Of a DNA stretch of 64,000 nucleotides, positions 23,350-32,792 are shown piece after piece. The stretch's first letter is position 1. Each line of letters begins with the position of its first letter. The notes under the pieces are model-generated. The model saw nothing but the letters and a program-made list of their open reading frames with translations, did no database searches and was not told where the DNA came from. A program made the translations under genes and the position numbers. The stretch is from an uncultured Clostridia bacterium (GTDB taxonomy: Bacteria > Bacillota > Clostridia > TANB77 > CAG-508), in NCBI GenBank assembly GCA_934130935.1, contig CAKOYQ010000004.1, forward strand, positions 27,060 to 91,059, given 5' to 3'.

Positions 23350-23475
23350 AAACATCACCACCTTTCCTACGATGTAATCGCAAAATTGGTGGCAAAACCG
23401 TTCCACTAATCATCAATTTCCTATGCAAATCATTCTACAATATTTTTTTAATTCTGTCTATAATATTTTTGATTT

Positions 23476-26400
23476 TTATTTATTTTTCTTTTTTCTACTT
23501 TTTTTCTTATAATCATAAATAAATGCTCCAGCAAGTGATATAGCAGATAATCCTCCAATTAAGGCAAATATTTCTGTATGTCTATTATCTCCTGTGTTTG
23601 GCACTTCAATTATATCATTTTCAAAATCAATACTATATATTGAATCATTTTCTTCTATTAAATTTCCATCTGCAAATACTCCATTGTCATTTATTTCAAT
23701 ATTTACTATTTTATTTGATAATTCATATCCCACTGGTGCTTTTATTTCTTTTATATAGTATTTTCCATATCGTAATTGATCAAATACAACATATCCATCA
23801 TTTTTATTTGATTTTACTTCTTTTATCAAATTATTACATTCTTCATCTTCATAGATTCCAAATACAAATTTTTCTTTTATTAATTCTTTGGTTTTACTAT
23901 CTATTTTATTTAGTTTGATATTTTTTAATATCGGCATATCTTTCATTTCAATTTTTTGAGTTTCTTTATCAGTTGTAACTACAAATTCAATTTTTTCAGT
24001 TGTTTCATATCCATAAGGTGCTGTTTTTTCAATCAATTCATATTTTTTGTTTTCTTCTAATCCTGTTACTTTGTGTGGCTCTTTTTCAGATACCCATTCA
24101 TCTATAATATTCCCATTTTCGTCAACTACCTGTAATTCTGCTCCCTCAATTTCATCTCCAGTTACTAAATCTGTTTTTGTTATTTCAACACTTTTATCTA
24201 TTAAAACAATTTCTTGTGTTTCTTTTCCGTAAGTTACTTCAAATTCAACATCTGTTGCAATAACAAATTCATCTGGAGCATATTCTTCGTGTAATATATA
24301 TTTTTCTCCTTCAGTTAGTCCTTTTATATTATGATTTTCCTTACCAGAAACCCATTCATCTATTACAGAACCGTCTTTATCAAACACTTTGATTTTTGCA
24401 CCATCAACTTCATTTCCTCCAATATCTTTTTTGGACATTGTAACTATTTTATCAATCATTTCTACCTTTTGAATTTCCTTTGTATTTTCAACTTTAAATT
24501 CTACCGAAGTTGCTTTTGTATATCCATCTGGTGCAATTTCTTCGTTTAATTTATATGTTTTTCCTACAATTAGTCCTTCAATTTTATGATTGTCTTTGCT
24601 TGATGTCCAAGTATCTATAATTTTTCCATTTTCATCTGTAACTGATAATTTTGCTCCTTCAAGTTCATCATCTCCAGTTATTGATTTTTTTGAAAATTCA
24701 AATATTGTTGTATCATTTGAGATATTTTCTTTATCTTCATATACTTTTCTTATTAAATCTTCTTGTTCAAATTTTATTTCATATTTTGTATCATTTAAAA
24801 CAAGTCCATCTAATGTTTTAGTTTCTTCAAGTTCATAAGTTCCCATTGGTAAATTTTCAACTTTTAGATTTCCATTTTTATTCAAATTATAAGTTCCTAT
24901 TTCTTGACCTTTTGAATAAATCTTACTTCCATCAGCATTATCAATAATATTTTCCTTTGCAATTAGTTTAAATTCTATACCAGACAAATCACTTGTGTCT
25001 ATTATTGATGTATCTATATTTTCTCTTAATGCTATTGTTTTGTCTATCATTAATGTTCCTGTTGGTTGTTCATTTTTTATTGTTACTTCTTTTATGAAAT
25101 CTTCATCTTGATCTTTATCATAATCTCTTATTCCTTTTATATCAAAAGTTACTGGTGTTTCTAATTGTAAAAATCCTTTTGGTGTGTTTATTTCATAAAT
25201 AGCATAACTTCCTACTGGTAGTTGTAAAGGTGTAATAACAGTACCTTTATCATCATTATTAGTAGTATAGCTCTTTTCTGGAATAATCATATTATCTGCA
25301 TTTGTTGTAAAAGAATTATAAGTTGTACTACCAATTTTTTGTGATACAGATTCTCCCTTTTTCCAAATAATTTTTCCTGTTGCTCTGTCATAAATATCTT
25401 TTGTTGCCTTTATTTCAAAAGTAGTGCTTGATAAAGTAACAATTTTATCTGTTTTTAAGTCTTTTTTTATTAATTTTATATAAGCCTCTAATTGCTCATT
25501 ATTTACTACTATATGTTTTGTCTTTTTTGCAACATCTTGTATTTCAGTTTCATCATCAGTAATTGAAAAATAAAAATCACTAGCACTTTCATAATCTTTA
25601 GGTGTATTTGATTCTTTTACAATGTATTTTCCATATGGTAGATTTTTTTGAGTATAGGCATTTCCATCTTTATCAGTTATTAAGACATCATAAGTTGGAG
25701 CAATTTTTTGTGCTTGTGCGACTCTTTTAGCATCTACTTTTACTTTATTTCCATTTTCATCTATACCATTCCAGATTTCCTCATAGCTATAACCTGCATC
25801 AAGTGCCTTTTCTACTGCACTATTTAGTTTAATTGTAAATTCAGCACCTGCTAATCCAGGAGTTTCTCCAGAATTTTCTTTTATTCCAGATTTAAAGATA
25901 TGAACTCCCATCTTTTTTACAAGTTCATTACTTGTTGTTGTATTTGTAATTACTTTAGTGTATTGATCTTTATATTCTAAATTTATTGAATATTCTGTTT
26001 TGTCTAGTAAATATCCTTTTGGTGCTACATCTTCTTTTACTAAATATTTTCCAAGTGGTAATTCTTCAATAGGAGTAGTTTTTCCATTTTTGTCCATTGT
26101 TCTAGTTGCTACTAAATCTCCTTTTGAATAATATTTTTTAGTTTTTGCCACATTATATATATCTTCGTCTGCATATACCTTATATACTGCATTTTCAAGA
26201 GTTGCATCTCCTTGAGCCATGCTTCCTGTTTCACTATCTTTTTTAACTATTTCAATAGTTCCTGTTGGTTCTGTATTTATAACACCCTCTATTTTTAATT
26301 CAACAACTGGTGTTGTAGAATTTACATATTTTATATCGGCATTAAATATAGTTTCATTTAATAAATATCCTTTTGGCGCTTTAGTTTCATAAACAATATA

Positions 26401-27771
26401 TTTTCCAATAGGCAAATCACTTATCGTTGCTATTCCATTACTATTAGATGTAATTTTTGCAACAGAATCTCCTTTTGAATAATATTTTTTAGTTTTAGCA
26501 ACATTATAAATATCTTCATCTGCTTTGACTTCAAATTCAGCTCCTGCAATTTTATCATTATTTGTACTCAATTTATATATTTTAATTTGACCTGTTGGCT
26601 CATTGTTTCTAAATGTAACATTTGCAGTTTGACCTGCAACAACATCTACTTTCTGTATGGATGTATCTAATAAATAACCTGTTGCTACTGATTTCTCTTT
26701 AATGTAGTATGTCATTGGTTTTAATTTATCATATAGTATTCTTCCATCAGTTCCTGTTGTTGCTGTTTTTATCAAATCTGTGCATTCTGCATTTCTGTAT
26801 AATTCAAAAACACAATCAGAAACCGCATTGCCCATATTATTTGTTTTTAATAATGCTATTTTTCCACTTTGTACTTCTACTGAAATGTTAAAATTTGATG
26901 GATCTACATAGTTTGAGAACATTAAGTTTTGTACCGCACCATTATTAAATTGAAAATATACATAGTTTCCCATTGTAGAACTATCATACTTTCTTCCATT
27001 AGGCATTAATTCATAAATTCCATAATTTTTTGAAACAAAATTAGCATTTGTTTCATTTGTATCTGCTGATACACTTATATTCAAATCATTACTTCCCTGT
27101 GTGTGTGAAAAAGTAATACCATTTATATTATGACTAAAACTTTCATAATGAGCTAAAACACCATTTGAGTCATTTAATGTTGTACTTTCTCCAATGTTTA
27201 CTTTAACATTCATTCCATTTATTGATGTATTTCTATGATATTGATTATAAGCTGACTCTGTTTCATTTAGCCAATTTGCATAAAGTCCACTTGACATATA
27301 ATTTGACTTCCACGAATCTCTTGAAGGACATTTCATATTTCCGTCGATATTGTTTTTAATATATTCCCATACAAATTGTTGAGTGCAACAAGCATCTTTT
27401 TTTGCACTAGCATTAGTTGGAAGTCCCATTCCATGTTTTGATGTATAACCAAAATAAATATATTCTGCTATTTTTTCGTATTCACTTCTTTGTGCTTTAT
27501 ATTGTGTTACAAAATCTCCATTAAATGAATAAGAGCTACCATTAGGAGATTTCATTCCGTATTGGGTACAAAACAACAAATATGTTGTGCCATCATAATT
27601 TGAATAATGTAATTCATGACCATATTCTGTTAAACTTCCAGATATAACTCCAAATTGAGCGTTACTATTCATATCAGTAATAAATGCAGCAAATGCATTT
27701 ATTGGAATTGATGAAAGTAAAATTAATACCAACATCAATATTGAAACTAACTTTTTTGTTTTATCTTTCAT
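23476..27771 (-). CDS. Sortase-anchored surface adhesin with tandem Cna-B/SpaA-type isopeptide domains; possible N-terminal thioester-like domain
   Basis: N-terminal signal peptide MKDKTKKLVSILMLVLILLSSIPINAFA. There are at least ten Ig-like repeats with the Cna-B signature (..GxY.L.E..AP.GY.., e.g. GKYIVYETKAPKGYLL), including four near-identical ~90-aa repeats (ENGKIIDTWTSSKDNHKIEGL..). The C-terminus carries the sorting signal VPNTG, a hydrophobic helix and a KKKSRKKKNK tail. The N-terminal region contains FCTQ and CCTQQFVW motifs. Confidence 0.8.
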   Translation of the reverse strand: MKDKTKKLVSILMLVLILLSSIPINAFAAFITDMNSNAQFGVISGSLTEYGHELHYSNYDGTTYLLFCTQYGMKSPNGSSYSFNGDFVTQYKAQRSEYEKIAEYIYFGYTSKHGMGLPTNASAKKDACCTQQFVWEYIKNNIDGNMKCPSRDSWKSNYMSSGLYANWLNETESAYNQYHRNTSINGMNVKVNIGESTTLNDSNGVLAHYESFSHNINGITFSHTQGSNDLNISVSADTNETNANFVSKNYGIYELMPNGRKYDSSTMGNYVYFQFNNGAVQNLMFSNYVDPSNFNISVEVQSGKIALLKTNNMGNAVSDCVFELYRNAECTDLIKTATTGTDGRILYDKLKPMTYYIKEKSVATGYLLDTSIQKVDVVAGQTANVTFRNNEPTGQIKIYKLSTNNDKIAGAEFEVKADEDIYNVAKTKKYYSKGDSVAKITSNSNGIATISDLPIGKYIVYETKAPKGYLLNETIFNADIKYVNSTTPVVELKIEGVINTEPTGTIEIVKKDSETGSMAQGDATLENAVYKVYADEDIYNVAKTKKYYSKGDLVATRTMDKNGKTTPIEELPLGKYLVKEDVAPKGYLLDKTEYSINLEYKDQYTKVITNTTTSNELVKKMGVHIFKSGIKENSGETPGLAGAEFTIKLNSAVEKALDAGYSYEEIWNGIDENGNKVKVDAKRVAQAQKIAPTYDVLITDKDGNAYTQKNLPYGKYIVKESNTPKDYESASDFYFSITDDETEIQDVAKKTKHIVVNNEQLEAYIKLIKKDLKTDKIVTLSSTTFEIKATKDIYDRATGKIIWKKGESVSQKIGSTTYNSFTTNADNMIIPEKSYTTNNDDKGTVITPLQLPVGSYAIYEINTPKGFLQLETPVTFDIKGIRDYDKDQDEDFIKEVTIKNEQPTGTLMIDKTIALRENIDTSIIDTSDLSGIEFKLIAKENIIDNADGSKIYSKGQEIGTYNLNKNGNLKVENLPMGTYELEETKTLDGLVLNDTKYEIKFEQEDLIRKVYEDKENISNDTTIFEFSKKSITGDDELEGAKLSVTDENGKIIDTWTSSKDNHKIEGLIVGKTYKLNEEIAPDGYTKATSVEFKVENTKEIQKVEMIDKIVTMSKKDIGGNEVDGAKIKVFDKDGSVIDEWVSGKENHNIKGLTEGEKYILHEEYAPDEFVIATDVEFEVTYGKETQEIVLIDKSVEITKTDLVTGDEIEGAELQVVDENGNIIDEWVSEKEPHKVTGLEENKKYELIEKTAPYGYETTEKIEFVVTTDKETQKIEMKDMPILKNIKLNKIDSKTKELIKEKFVFGIYEDEECNNLIKEVKSNKNDGYVVFDQLRYGKYYIKEIKAPVGYELSNKIVNIEINDNGVFADGNLIEENDSIYSIDFENDIIEVPNTGDNRHTEIFALIGGLSAISLAGAFIYDYKKKSRKKKNK

Positions 27772-27835
27772 ATTTTTATTCCTTTCTTTCCATCAAAAAA
27801 AGAAGCTTATAAGCCTCTTTAAATTGAATTTATTT

Positions 27836-28499
27836 TTAATCTTGTATTGCCCAAAAATAATATTTTCCACAAGCACATTGGTTGACTTTATAATGTGAAG
27901 ATAACCAATTTTTAGTATATTCTTCATAAGCATTAAATGCATCATTCCAAGTATCATAATACCCATGTTCATTTGTTCCATCTCCTGCAATATGTTTTGA
28001 ACCACCCTCAAAGCACCATTCAGACTTTATTTGCGTTTTTTCTTCTTGCTTTGTCTCCATTTTTGTTTCTGTTTTTGTTTTTTCAGTTTTACTTGTGTTT
28101 TTTTGTTCTGTTTTACTGTCTTTTGATGTAGTTGCAGGTGTTTCTGACTTTTTGCTTATTTGAGAACTTTTGGTATTCTGTTTGCTCGTTGTGCTTTTAT
28201 TTGAATCTGCTTTACTTGAAATTGTAAATTCGTTTTTTGGCTTTTCAGTATCATCTTCTGCTTGAGGAGCAATATCATTATTTTGCATATTACTCTCTGC
28301 AATATTTTCTTCTACGGGTATTTCAACAATAGTCTGTGTTTCTTCATTTTCAATTTCTGTTTTTTTGCTTTCATCTATGACATCATTTTCCGCAATAGTC
28401 TGTTCATCTTTATTGTGACTAAAACACACCTTTAAGCCTATACCGAAAATAATTGCAAATATTGTAATAGCTATGCTTATTATTTTTATTTTTTTCATA
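27836..28499 (-). CDS. Secreted/membrane-anchored hypothetical protein with a low-complexity T/K/E-rich linker and a Cys/Trp-containing C-terminal domain; likely start is the internal Met at 28499
   Basis: MKKIKIISIAITIFAIIFGIGL signal peptide behind a GGAG RBS. The upstream part of the track ORF (to 28549) overlaps a TTGCTA-N17-TAAAAT promoter and is probably not translated. Confidence 0.5.
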
Positions 28500-28704
28500 C
28501 CTACCAACTCCTTTACCCTAATTTTAAAGTGATTTTTTATTTCTAGCAAATGTGTGATTTTATATATAATTTTTATAAATATATAATATATTACTTTTCA
28601 GTTAGTATATAGCTAGTATTAAGGGGGTAGATTGTAAGGAGGGGGAAAATAAAAAAAGCATATACAACTTTTTTATTTGTGCATATACAAAATTCTTATT
28701 TTTA

Positions 28705-29658
28705 TTATCTATCATACTTTTTTAATTCTTTTTCTTTTTGCCATTTTAATTGATAATTTTCTAAAAGTTTTACAATTATCTTTTGCATTTCGGTTGGTGT
28801 ATATTCTTTTGGAAAATACCCTTTTACTTTATCTACACTAAATTTGATGTTTTCTTTTTGATTTGGCTTTTCTTCTGATAGTATTCTATCTATATCGTCA
28901 TCTGTTAAATTTCCATCTGCACTTAATTTTTTTAATTCTCTTGCTTGTGGATGTGATGGAAATACCTCATTATATTCCATTACTTCAAAGACATATTCCT
29001 GCTCTGATTTTGTTAAATATGATATTTCAACTGCTGGTCTCAATTTCATTTTTTCATCATCAACTAATTGCAATAGTTCTGGTATCAGTTCGGTTAGTCT
29101 AATGTATCTTCTGATTTGGTCTTGGCTTTCTCCCATTTCTTCTCCTAAAATTTCTCTTGAAGTTTTTCCTTCTAACTTCTGTGCCGTTGGCACAGAAGTT
29201 GACAAGTCATTTCTTCTTCCTTGTCTTTTCATTGCCTCTAACTTCATTTTATAGGCAAAAGCTTTTTCACTTGGCAATATTCTTTCCCTCTGTTTATTAC
29301 TATCTACCATATAAATAATAGCATCTTCATCTGACATATCTCTAACTATTGCAGGTATTTCTTTTATTCCTGCAAGTTCACAAGCCCTTTTTCTTCTGTG
29401 ACCTGAAATCATTTCATAAGTTCCATCTTCTTTAGGTCTTACTATAACTGGGTGTATTACACCATTTTCTTTAATGTTTTCGACAAAATCTTCCATTTCT
29501 TCATTTTCTTTTACTTGATAAGGATGATTTGGAAAATTAGAAATAGAAGAAACTGCTATTTTTTCTACTTTTTCTAACTTCTCGGCATCTCTTTCTTCTT
29601 GTGTTGTAAAGAAATCATCTATCTTGGGAAAGTGCATTTTTTCTTCTTTCTCTTTCAT
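28705..29658 (-). CDS. parB: ParB/Spo0J-family partition protein
   Basis: ParB N-terminal box MISGHRRKRACELAGIKEIPAIV with an HTH; overlaps parA as in par operons. Confidence 0.8.
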   Translation of the reverse strand: MKEKEEKMHFPKIDDFFTTQEERDAEKLEKVEKIAVSSISNFPNHPYQVKENEEMEDFVENIKENGVIHPVIVRPKEDGTYEMISGHRRKRACELAGIKEIPAIVRDMSDEDAIIYMVDSNKQRERILPSEKAFAYKMKLEAMKRQGRRNDLSTSVPTAQKLEGKTSREILGEEMGESQDQIRRYIRLTELIPELLQLVDDEKMKLRPAVEISYLTKSEQEYVFEVMEYNEVFPSHPQARELKKLSADGNLTDDDIDRILSEEKPNQKENIKFSVDKVKGYFPKEYTPTEMQKIIVKLLENYQLKWQKEKELKKYDR

Positions 29659-30442
29659 TATCTTTCAAAACCTCCTTCGCAAATAATGAATAAGCCTCTG
29701 TGACCTTACTATTTTTGTCATAGGCTATTATACTTTTTCCTTTTGATGTAGTTTCTGCTGCTTTAATAGCAAATGGAATATTAGTATCATAGATTTTCAC
29801 AACATTACCAAAATTATTTATGAGTTCTTCCTTTATAGCACTCGGCAATTTTGTTCTACTATCAACCATAGTCATTAGAATACCACCAACTTTTAACTCT
29901 TTATTTAGCTGTCTTTTTACTTTTGCAACAATATTTAATAAATTTCCCATTCCTCTTGCTGATAAATACTGACTTTGTACTGGTATAATTACTTCATTGC
30001 TACAAGCTAAAGCATTTGTAGTTATCATATTTAATGACGGCATACAATCAATAATTATAAAGTCATATTTATCTTTCAAGTCCTTTAAGCAACCATCTAG
30101 TGCATATTCCCTTTTCATTGCATTCATAAGTTCAGACTCAACCATTGCTAATCCTAAATTTGACGGTATTAAATCGATATTTTCTTTATGATGTAATATT
30201 GATTCTTCTGCATTTATATTTTCATCTTTAATATATCGGTCTATTAGTGTTCCTAATGTTACTGGTATATTGTCTTCATCATAAAATCCCATACAAGTTG
30301 TAAGATTTGCTTGTGGATCTGCGTCTACTACTAAAACTTTTTTGCCATTATTAGCTAGAGATACTCCTAGACTAAAAGTTGTTGTTGTTTTTCCTACTCC
30401 ACCTTTTTGATTTGCTATGCTAATTACTTTGCATTTTGACAT
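29615..30442 (-). CDS. parA: ParA/Soj-family partition ATPase
   Basis: Deviant Walker A KVISIANQKGGVGKTTT. Confidence 0.85.
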   Translation of the reverse strand: MSKCKVISIANQKGGVGKTTTTFSLGVSLANNGKKVLVVDADPQANLTTCMGFYDEDNIPVTLGTLIDRYIKDENINAEESILHHKENIDLIPSNLGLAMVESELMNAMKREYALDGCLKDLKDKYDFIIIDCMPSLNMITTNALACSNEVIIPVQSQYLSARGMGNLLNIVAKVKRQLNKELKVGGILMTMVDSRTKLPSAIKEELINNFGNVVKIYDTNIPFAIKAAETTSKGKSIIAYDKNSKVTEAYSLFAKEVLKDNERERRKNALSQDR

Positions 30443-30553
30443 TTTTTTAACCTCCTTTCTTTTAAATTTGCTTTTAAATCTATTGAAATAAAAGCTATGT
30501 ATAAGTGCTATAAAAAATAAGCGAATTGATAATTAAAATCAACCCGCCTATTT

Positions 30554-30709
30554 TTAACAATATTTTCTTTTTAACTTAAACAATATCTTATCAAGATAAT
30601 CTACAATATTACCTTTTAATAATTGTTTGTTTCTGTATTCATTTAATGTATTTACTATTATATTGTATTCTTTTTCATTTACTTCTATTTGATATTTCTT
30701 TTTAAACAT
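30554..30709 (-). CDS. Small basic protein (51 aa), not in the ORF track
   Basis: ATG at 30709 behind GGGAG. Translation is MFKKKYQIEVNEKEYNIIVNTLNEYRNKQLLKGNIVDYLDKILFKLKRKYC. The TCACAAATGTGTGA palindrome lies 60 nt upstream. Confidence 0.3.
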   Translation of the reverse strand: MFKKKYQIEVNEKEYNIIVNTLNEYRNKQLLKGNIVDYLDKILFKLKRKYC

Positions 30710-30785
30710 TATAATCAACTCCCATCATAATTTTGTTGTAACTACAATAACATATTGACTATAATTTCACAAATGTGTGATTTGT

Positions 30786-31358
30786 TTATTCTGATATTTC
30801 TGCAAATTTTTGTATATCTTCTTTTGTTTCAATATATTTTTTTAATGTATCGTTCATCATTTCAAATAATTCGTCAAAATTCATTTCTTCCAAATTTATT
30901 TCATCTATCAAATTCAATAGTATATTGGCAACCCTTTCTATTGGAAAATCTACAAATTTAGTGTTCATATTATAAAGAATTTTAGTAAAATTTAAAAGTA
31001 CTGGAATATCATCTTCTAGTATTGCTTGAATATCCTCATTTGTTATCAAATACATAATAAGTGCAATATCAACATTTATAGCTGTATTAATTTCCTCATT
31101 AAGAATTTCTAATACATTATTAATCGATGTCTTTGCAATGATTTTATCTAATTCTATTTGAAGTCTTAAATTTGTTTCTTCTCTCATTTCTGATAAGATT
31201 TCAAATATATCTTCTAATTTTAGCTTATTCAAAAAGCAATTATAATATATTTGTTTTATAACTACTCTTGCAGTTTCTTTTTTTAGATCAACTAAATAAT
31301 CCGTAATCTCATTTAATCTCTTACTAATATTGTTTAAATTAATTTTTTCATTCTCCAT
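30786..31358 (-). CDS. Acidic hypothetical protein (190 aa), last gene of the element-associated block
   Basis: ORF only; Glu/Asp/Ile-rich and probably helical. Confidence 0.5.
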   Translation of the reverse strand: MENEKINLNNISKRLNEITDYLVDLKKETARVVIKQIYYNCFLNKLKLEDIFEILSEMREETNLRLQIELDKIIAKTSINNVLEILNEEINTAINVDIALIMYLITNEDIQAILEDDIPVLLNFTKILYNMNTKFVDFPIERVANILLNLIDEINLEEMNFDELFEMMNDTLKKYIETKEDIQKFAEISE

Positions 31359-31489
31359 AAATTCAATTCCTTTCTAACTATTATATCTATTTTTATAAGT
31401 TGTTCTTATTTCAAATAATCTGTGGCTTACTTGAAATATGCAAAAAAAGAACTAGAGCATATTTCTAGTTTTCTAAATGCCTATATATA

Positions 31490-31543
31490 AAAAAGTTCCG
31501 GGTATCAAAGTTTTGTGCATAAAGAGATAGGAATAAATAGTAG
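31490..31543. repeat. Intergenic repeat A, copy 1 (~54 nt; degenerate palindrome TTTTGTGCATAAAG)
   Basis: AAAAAGTTCCGGGTATCAAAGTTTTGTGCATAAAGAGATAGGAATAAATAGTAG is about 90% identical to the copy at 45006-45062, and its 3' 42 nt match the copy at 43764-43806. Confidence 0.7.
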
Positions 31544-31876
31544 TATTCGCATTTAAGTCCTACCCAGTAGTTTTAAGGCTTTGCAGCAATTTGCACTTAT
31601 ATCATTACTATTTTTATCTTATTATATACTTTGCATCTAGCGTCTTATATTATTTACTTATATAATTTAATGTTCAATTAGTTTTCTTGTTCAAATTTCA
31701 AATTTGTAGCTTAGCTTTTTTTCAATTTTAAATTATATTTTGAAATTTTGTTAAAAATCCTCAAAATGCCTATTTCTCTATATTTACCGTATTTTTGCAA
31801 CAACAAACTATATGTCTTTAAAATAAAAACTCTTTAAAATCGATTCTCGTGCGTTGTTTTTTTGACTATTTTTTGC

Positions 31877-31910
31877 ATATTTTATAGTATGCTGATATTT
31901 CTGGAATTTT
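31877..31910. repeat. Intergenic repeat B, copy 1 (34 nt)
   Basis: ATATTTTATAGTATGCTGATATTTCTGGAATTTT, 33/34 identical to 43907-43940. Confidence 0.7.
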
Positions 31911-32460
31911 TGCATTTTTTATTAGTTAGACCTATATTATCTATATTTTCACTATACTATTAGACATATAAACTTTATTGCTTAATTATTAAAATGTCTT
32001 AAAAACGATTTTCATGCGTCTGTATTTATAATTTATTTTAAGTTACATATAATAGTTCTAATAGATACTTTAAATGGTATATAAATTTAATTTTTAATAA
32101 TTTTGTGTTTGAAAAAATTAAATCTTAAAAAAATGTTTGGTTTTAGATTTTATATATTTTTATATAAAACTTTGCACAAAATCAAAATCGAATAATTTAT
32201 ATAAATTTATAAATCTTTAAATAAAATTTTAATTACAAAAATTCTAAAATTATTTTAAATTCTAAATTTACTTTCTATTATTATTTTTTATTTCATTAAA
32301 TTTGTTTTTATCATAATTTTAAAATTATTAATAATCTTTTTTAAATTATTTTTAAAACTTTATCTAATTAATTTTATTTTATTCATTATAAGTAGTTTTA
32401 ATTTTATGCTCCCCTACTCCCTCTTGACTTTCTATGTATTTTTCTAAAACAAGTTTCAGT

Positions 32461-32781
32461 TTAAATTTTTCCTTGGATTAGATTAAATTCTTTTATTATT
32501 TTTATTATACTATAATAATCATCTGGTTCAACTTTTTTTGAAATAATCCCCATTGAATTACCTGTTTCAATATTATTTTGATTATCGTCTATAAAAATGC
32601 ATTCATTTGGAATTAAGTTATATCTTTCTAATAAGACATTATATATTGCTTTATATGGTTTTATTTTATGTTCTTGATAAGATAGTACATATCCATCTAC
32701 CAAATCAAATAACCCACTCTTATTAACAAATTCAAACAATTTTTTCGTAATAGCTTTTGTATCAACTTGTCTCCATACCAC
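32461..32781 (-). pseudogene. HAD-superfamily hydrolase, C-terminal half only (N-terminal catalytic DxD part absent)
   Basis: IFIDDNQNNIETGNSMGII is the HAD motif III/IV region. The 106-aa size and missing N-terminal motif suggest a gene remnant. Confidence 0.4.
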
Positions 32782-32792
32782 TTATTTTGTTA

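Noticed and set aside
23170-23400. Interpretation of the CGGTTTTGCCAC inverted repeats as terminal inverted repeats of a ~230-bp MITE
   Set aside because: Not fully excluded. The presence of a consensus promoter, an intrinsic terminator and an SD-led peptide ORF between them favours a functional RNA/peptide module over an inert MITE.
27793-28011. 72-aa ORF overlapping the 3' end of the secreted-protein gene
   Set aside because: Alternative frame of a supported gene, rich in M/I/L. Spurious.
31359-32460. Possible CRISPR array or rRNA/tRNA genes in the long non-coding stretch
   Set aside because: No regularly spaced direct repeats of 25-40 nt, and no conserved rRNA or tRNA sequence blocks. 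Only two pairs of short dispersed repeats are present.
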